Position numbers and translations under genes: made by a program. From a bacterium (GTDB taxonomy: Bacteria; UBA8248): a stretch of DNA of 64,000 nucleotides. Positions 61,310 to 64,000 of the stretch are shown here, in pieces; the stretch's first letter is position 1, and every line of letters begins with the position of its first letter. The stretch lies in assembly GCA_965213685.1 (NCBI GenBank), contig CBDBZY010000064.1, positions 896,001-960,000 on the forward strand, written 5' to 3'. The notes under the pieces are model-generated. The model did not search any database, was not told where the DNA came from, and worked only from the letters and a program-made list of their open reading frames with translations.

Positions 61310-61745
61310 TTTAATCCTGTAGGTTAACCAGTAATGGTTAACTGAGGTTAATGGCCCAACAGCCTGAGGGCATGGCATGCAGTGGTTCACACATGCGCAC
61401 GATGAGGGAAGTCACGTGACAGTTGGTGGTAGTCGGACAGAGCTGGCTCGGTGGTGGTTGCTCTTGTGAGAGCAAAGCTTTCCCACCCACTCATCCTTGG
61501 GCTGTCTGGGGGTGTGTGTATGGGTTATTTACAAAAGGGGGAAGGGTCTTTGAGTAGTCATTGCTCTGGGAGGGTGTTTCGTGACAGACCGGGCTCTGCA
61601 TCTCCAGGTGAAACCTGTGACTGTGTCTGGGCAAGAGGGGCAGGTGAGCCATTCCAAGCTTGCAGGCGCAACCCGGAGGCGGGGGGCAGTTTGCCTGAGG
61701 CCACTCCCCTCTTGTCCGCCAACCCAGGGCAATGCACAACTATAG
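61310..61745 (+). mobile_element. Non-coding relic of a YR-retrotransposon terminus (putative solo A-B repeat)
   Basis: Triple GGTTAAC/T start like 31969-31996, followed by a GC-rich multi-hairpin segment like 36785-36930. Confidence 0.5.
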
Positions 61746-64000
61746 GTAGTAGGGGTACTATCTGGTAGGGGTAGCTAGTCTGGAGGGGCCAATAGTGGTG
61801 GGGGTGGGAGGGGGGGAGCAAAAGTGGCCATTAATTAAGTTGTAGCCACACTGCAATAGTGGTTATCTCAGTTGCAGCTGCAATGTCATCATGTCACTCC
61901 CACACTAGGTTCTTACTTCTCCTATACCCTTGAGACTGTGGAATGTGTAGGGAGTCTCTGGATTGACCAGAGTACAGTGTGTTGTGACAGGAACTTGACA
62001 TGTGATGCCACAATGGGAGGTCACTGCCATGCAGGGGGCGTAGGAAGCACTCCGGCCAGTCAGGCCATGGCCTGACCAGTATTTCCATTGAAAATGGGCG
62101 TGGCACAGTGTGGTAGGCATGGCCCCATGTAAAATGGATGTAGCAACTGTCCACAACTATTGGAGCTAGTTCTCAGTCTGAGAGGAACCATATCAGCCAG
62201 GTCTTGAAATTAACGTTCCCAAGTGTTCCTTGAGAAGTTAATTATTTCAGCATTGATCATTTTAATATTCAACATTAATTTTAAAAAGTCTGTATATTAT
62301 TTCCAAGATGAACATGGCTCGATCTTAGTGTACACATTATGGATGTTGTAATAATAGACAAACATTATGGGTGTGGTAATAATAGCCTGTCAATACGATT
62401 TTTTCTTCCTATTCCACTGCCATGTCATGCACAATAGACTAATGGACTGCCATTTATAAACCCTATCACTCAATCCCAAATACCTATTGGAGGATTTCCT
62501 ACCCATTTGCACATTCTTTATACGTATCTGTTCAGTGCCAGGCATTGAGAGAACAAACATAACTGAGATAATGGTTTTGCAAGTAGCTTTTGCTGGTAAC
62601 AACAGGTCTAGTCTATTGAGCTAGACCCTCCTTCTGCTTTTATGCAAATCTCCACAATTTGGATACAAATGGAGGAGAAAGTCTAATTCAATAAACTAAG
62701 TTTATTCCTGTGTACTGGTATATGTAAGAATAATCTTGTTTCTGTACAGATGACAGGCTTTGCAAGACTAGTTTGGGTTAGTCTAAATTCATCTTGTGAC
62801 CTTTATTGTGTCAGGCTACAGTAAAATGCTACTTCCAATATCCAATTTTTACTACATTTGGAGTGTCCCACTGCACTTTGTTGTATCATGGATGAGTATA
62901 GCAGACACATGCAATTATGGTTAGTAAAACAGATACTTCTCATGGAATCAGTTCCTTGTGAGCATGTGGTCACACATGCATACAATGCAAGAGATTTCAC
63001 AGAATAATATACATACATATGTGTGGGATATATGTCCTCTCCCACATACACTGGGGACTCAGACCAGGATCACTGCCAAAGAGTTCGGACACGTGCTAAC
63101 TATAATATTAAATTAATATAATGTGGCTCTGCCAGGATCACTGTGAAACTTGTACTATTTTTGGAGTAACTTGGGAATGAGTCATTGCCTGATGTGTGTG
63201 CATCATACATCAGCGTATGCTGGCCACAACGCAAGTGAATATCGCGCATGGCAGTGGACCAAAAGAATGTTCATAAAGGAGACAAAAGGTTTGCTTGGTT
63301 AGTTGGGCCATGGCCACCCTGCTGTGCTGGCCTTGGGACTGTTGAGTAGTGTGTGGGGGATGATTATAACAAAGGGACACATGCATCATCACATATTCAA
63401 AAGTGTAATTCTTTAGCACCTTTCTATGCAGTGTTGAGTGTATGTACAATGAAGTGGGTGTCTCTTATCTTTCATTTCAGCTTTGGAATTCAGCTTTGCT
63501 AGACAAAACACAAACCATGATGTTTTCAACTTATGGTTGGATGTCCTCAACTATATGTACACTTGGGATTGTCGTGGGAAATGTTCTATACTCTTGCAAA
63601 TGAGAACAATGCATAGGAATGTTGCTCCTACTATGTATGTACATGCATAGATATCTTCAAAACAAATGTACTGGCACATTCCAAGCATGACCCTCAATAC
63701 TAGCAACACTATTAATTCACCTGTTACGACACCTATGTAGGTCATTCAACATATAGTATGCCTTTGGTGTACATGAAGGAGGCTTAGTACTAATGCAGTG
63801 TCCCCGAATGTGACCAGCACATACCACACGTAGGGTCAAGGGTATAAGAGAAATACGAACTCAGTGTGGGAGTGACATGATGACATTCAGATGCAACTGA
63901 GAGGGGTTAAAATAACCATCTCTTGTGTTCCAGTGCTGTGCAAAGGCTTTAGAGTATAGAGTACAATATTAAAAAGCAAGGATCAGTTTCTGTGGCTTAC

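Overview
Eukaryotic (animal) genomic DNA with GT-AG introns, microsatellites and many transposons. The repeat families and the frequent TACATGTA motif suggest a marine invertebrate, most likely a demosponge (inference only). Host genes read by hand: an intronless cysteine-dioxygenase-like cupin gene running off the left edge (missing from the ORF track), a 5-exon beta-tubulin, an 8-exon proline-rich gene with an N-terminal WIP-type WASP-binding motif head-to-head with eIF2D (ligatin), and two convergent paralogous Golgi carbohydrate sulfotransferases. Mobile DNA: an apparently intact 5-exon piggyBac, a decayed Merlin with 8-bp TSD, a tyrosine-recombinase (Ngaro/DIRS-type) retrotransposon with nested LINE and TTAA MITE, a near full-length CR1/L2-type LINE inside a 5-bp-TSD hAT MITE, a decayed AcademH, a Penelope-like RT relic, two minimal hammerhead ribozyme relics, tRNA-derived SINEs and several foldbacks. 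The most unusual signal is in the YR retrotransposon: one short leader exon with a single splice donor joins in frame to either of two acceptors, one opening gag and one opening RT, which suggests expression by alternative splicing. All calls come from manual reading; no database search was run.
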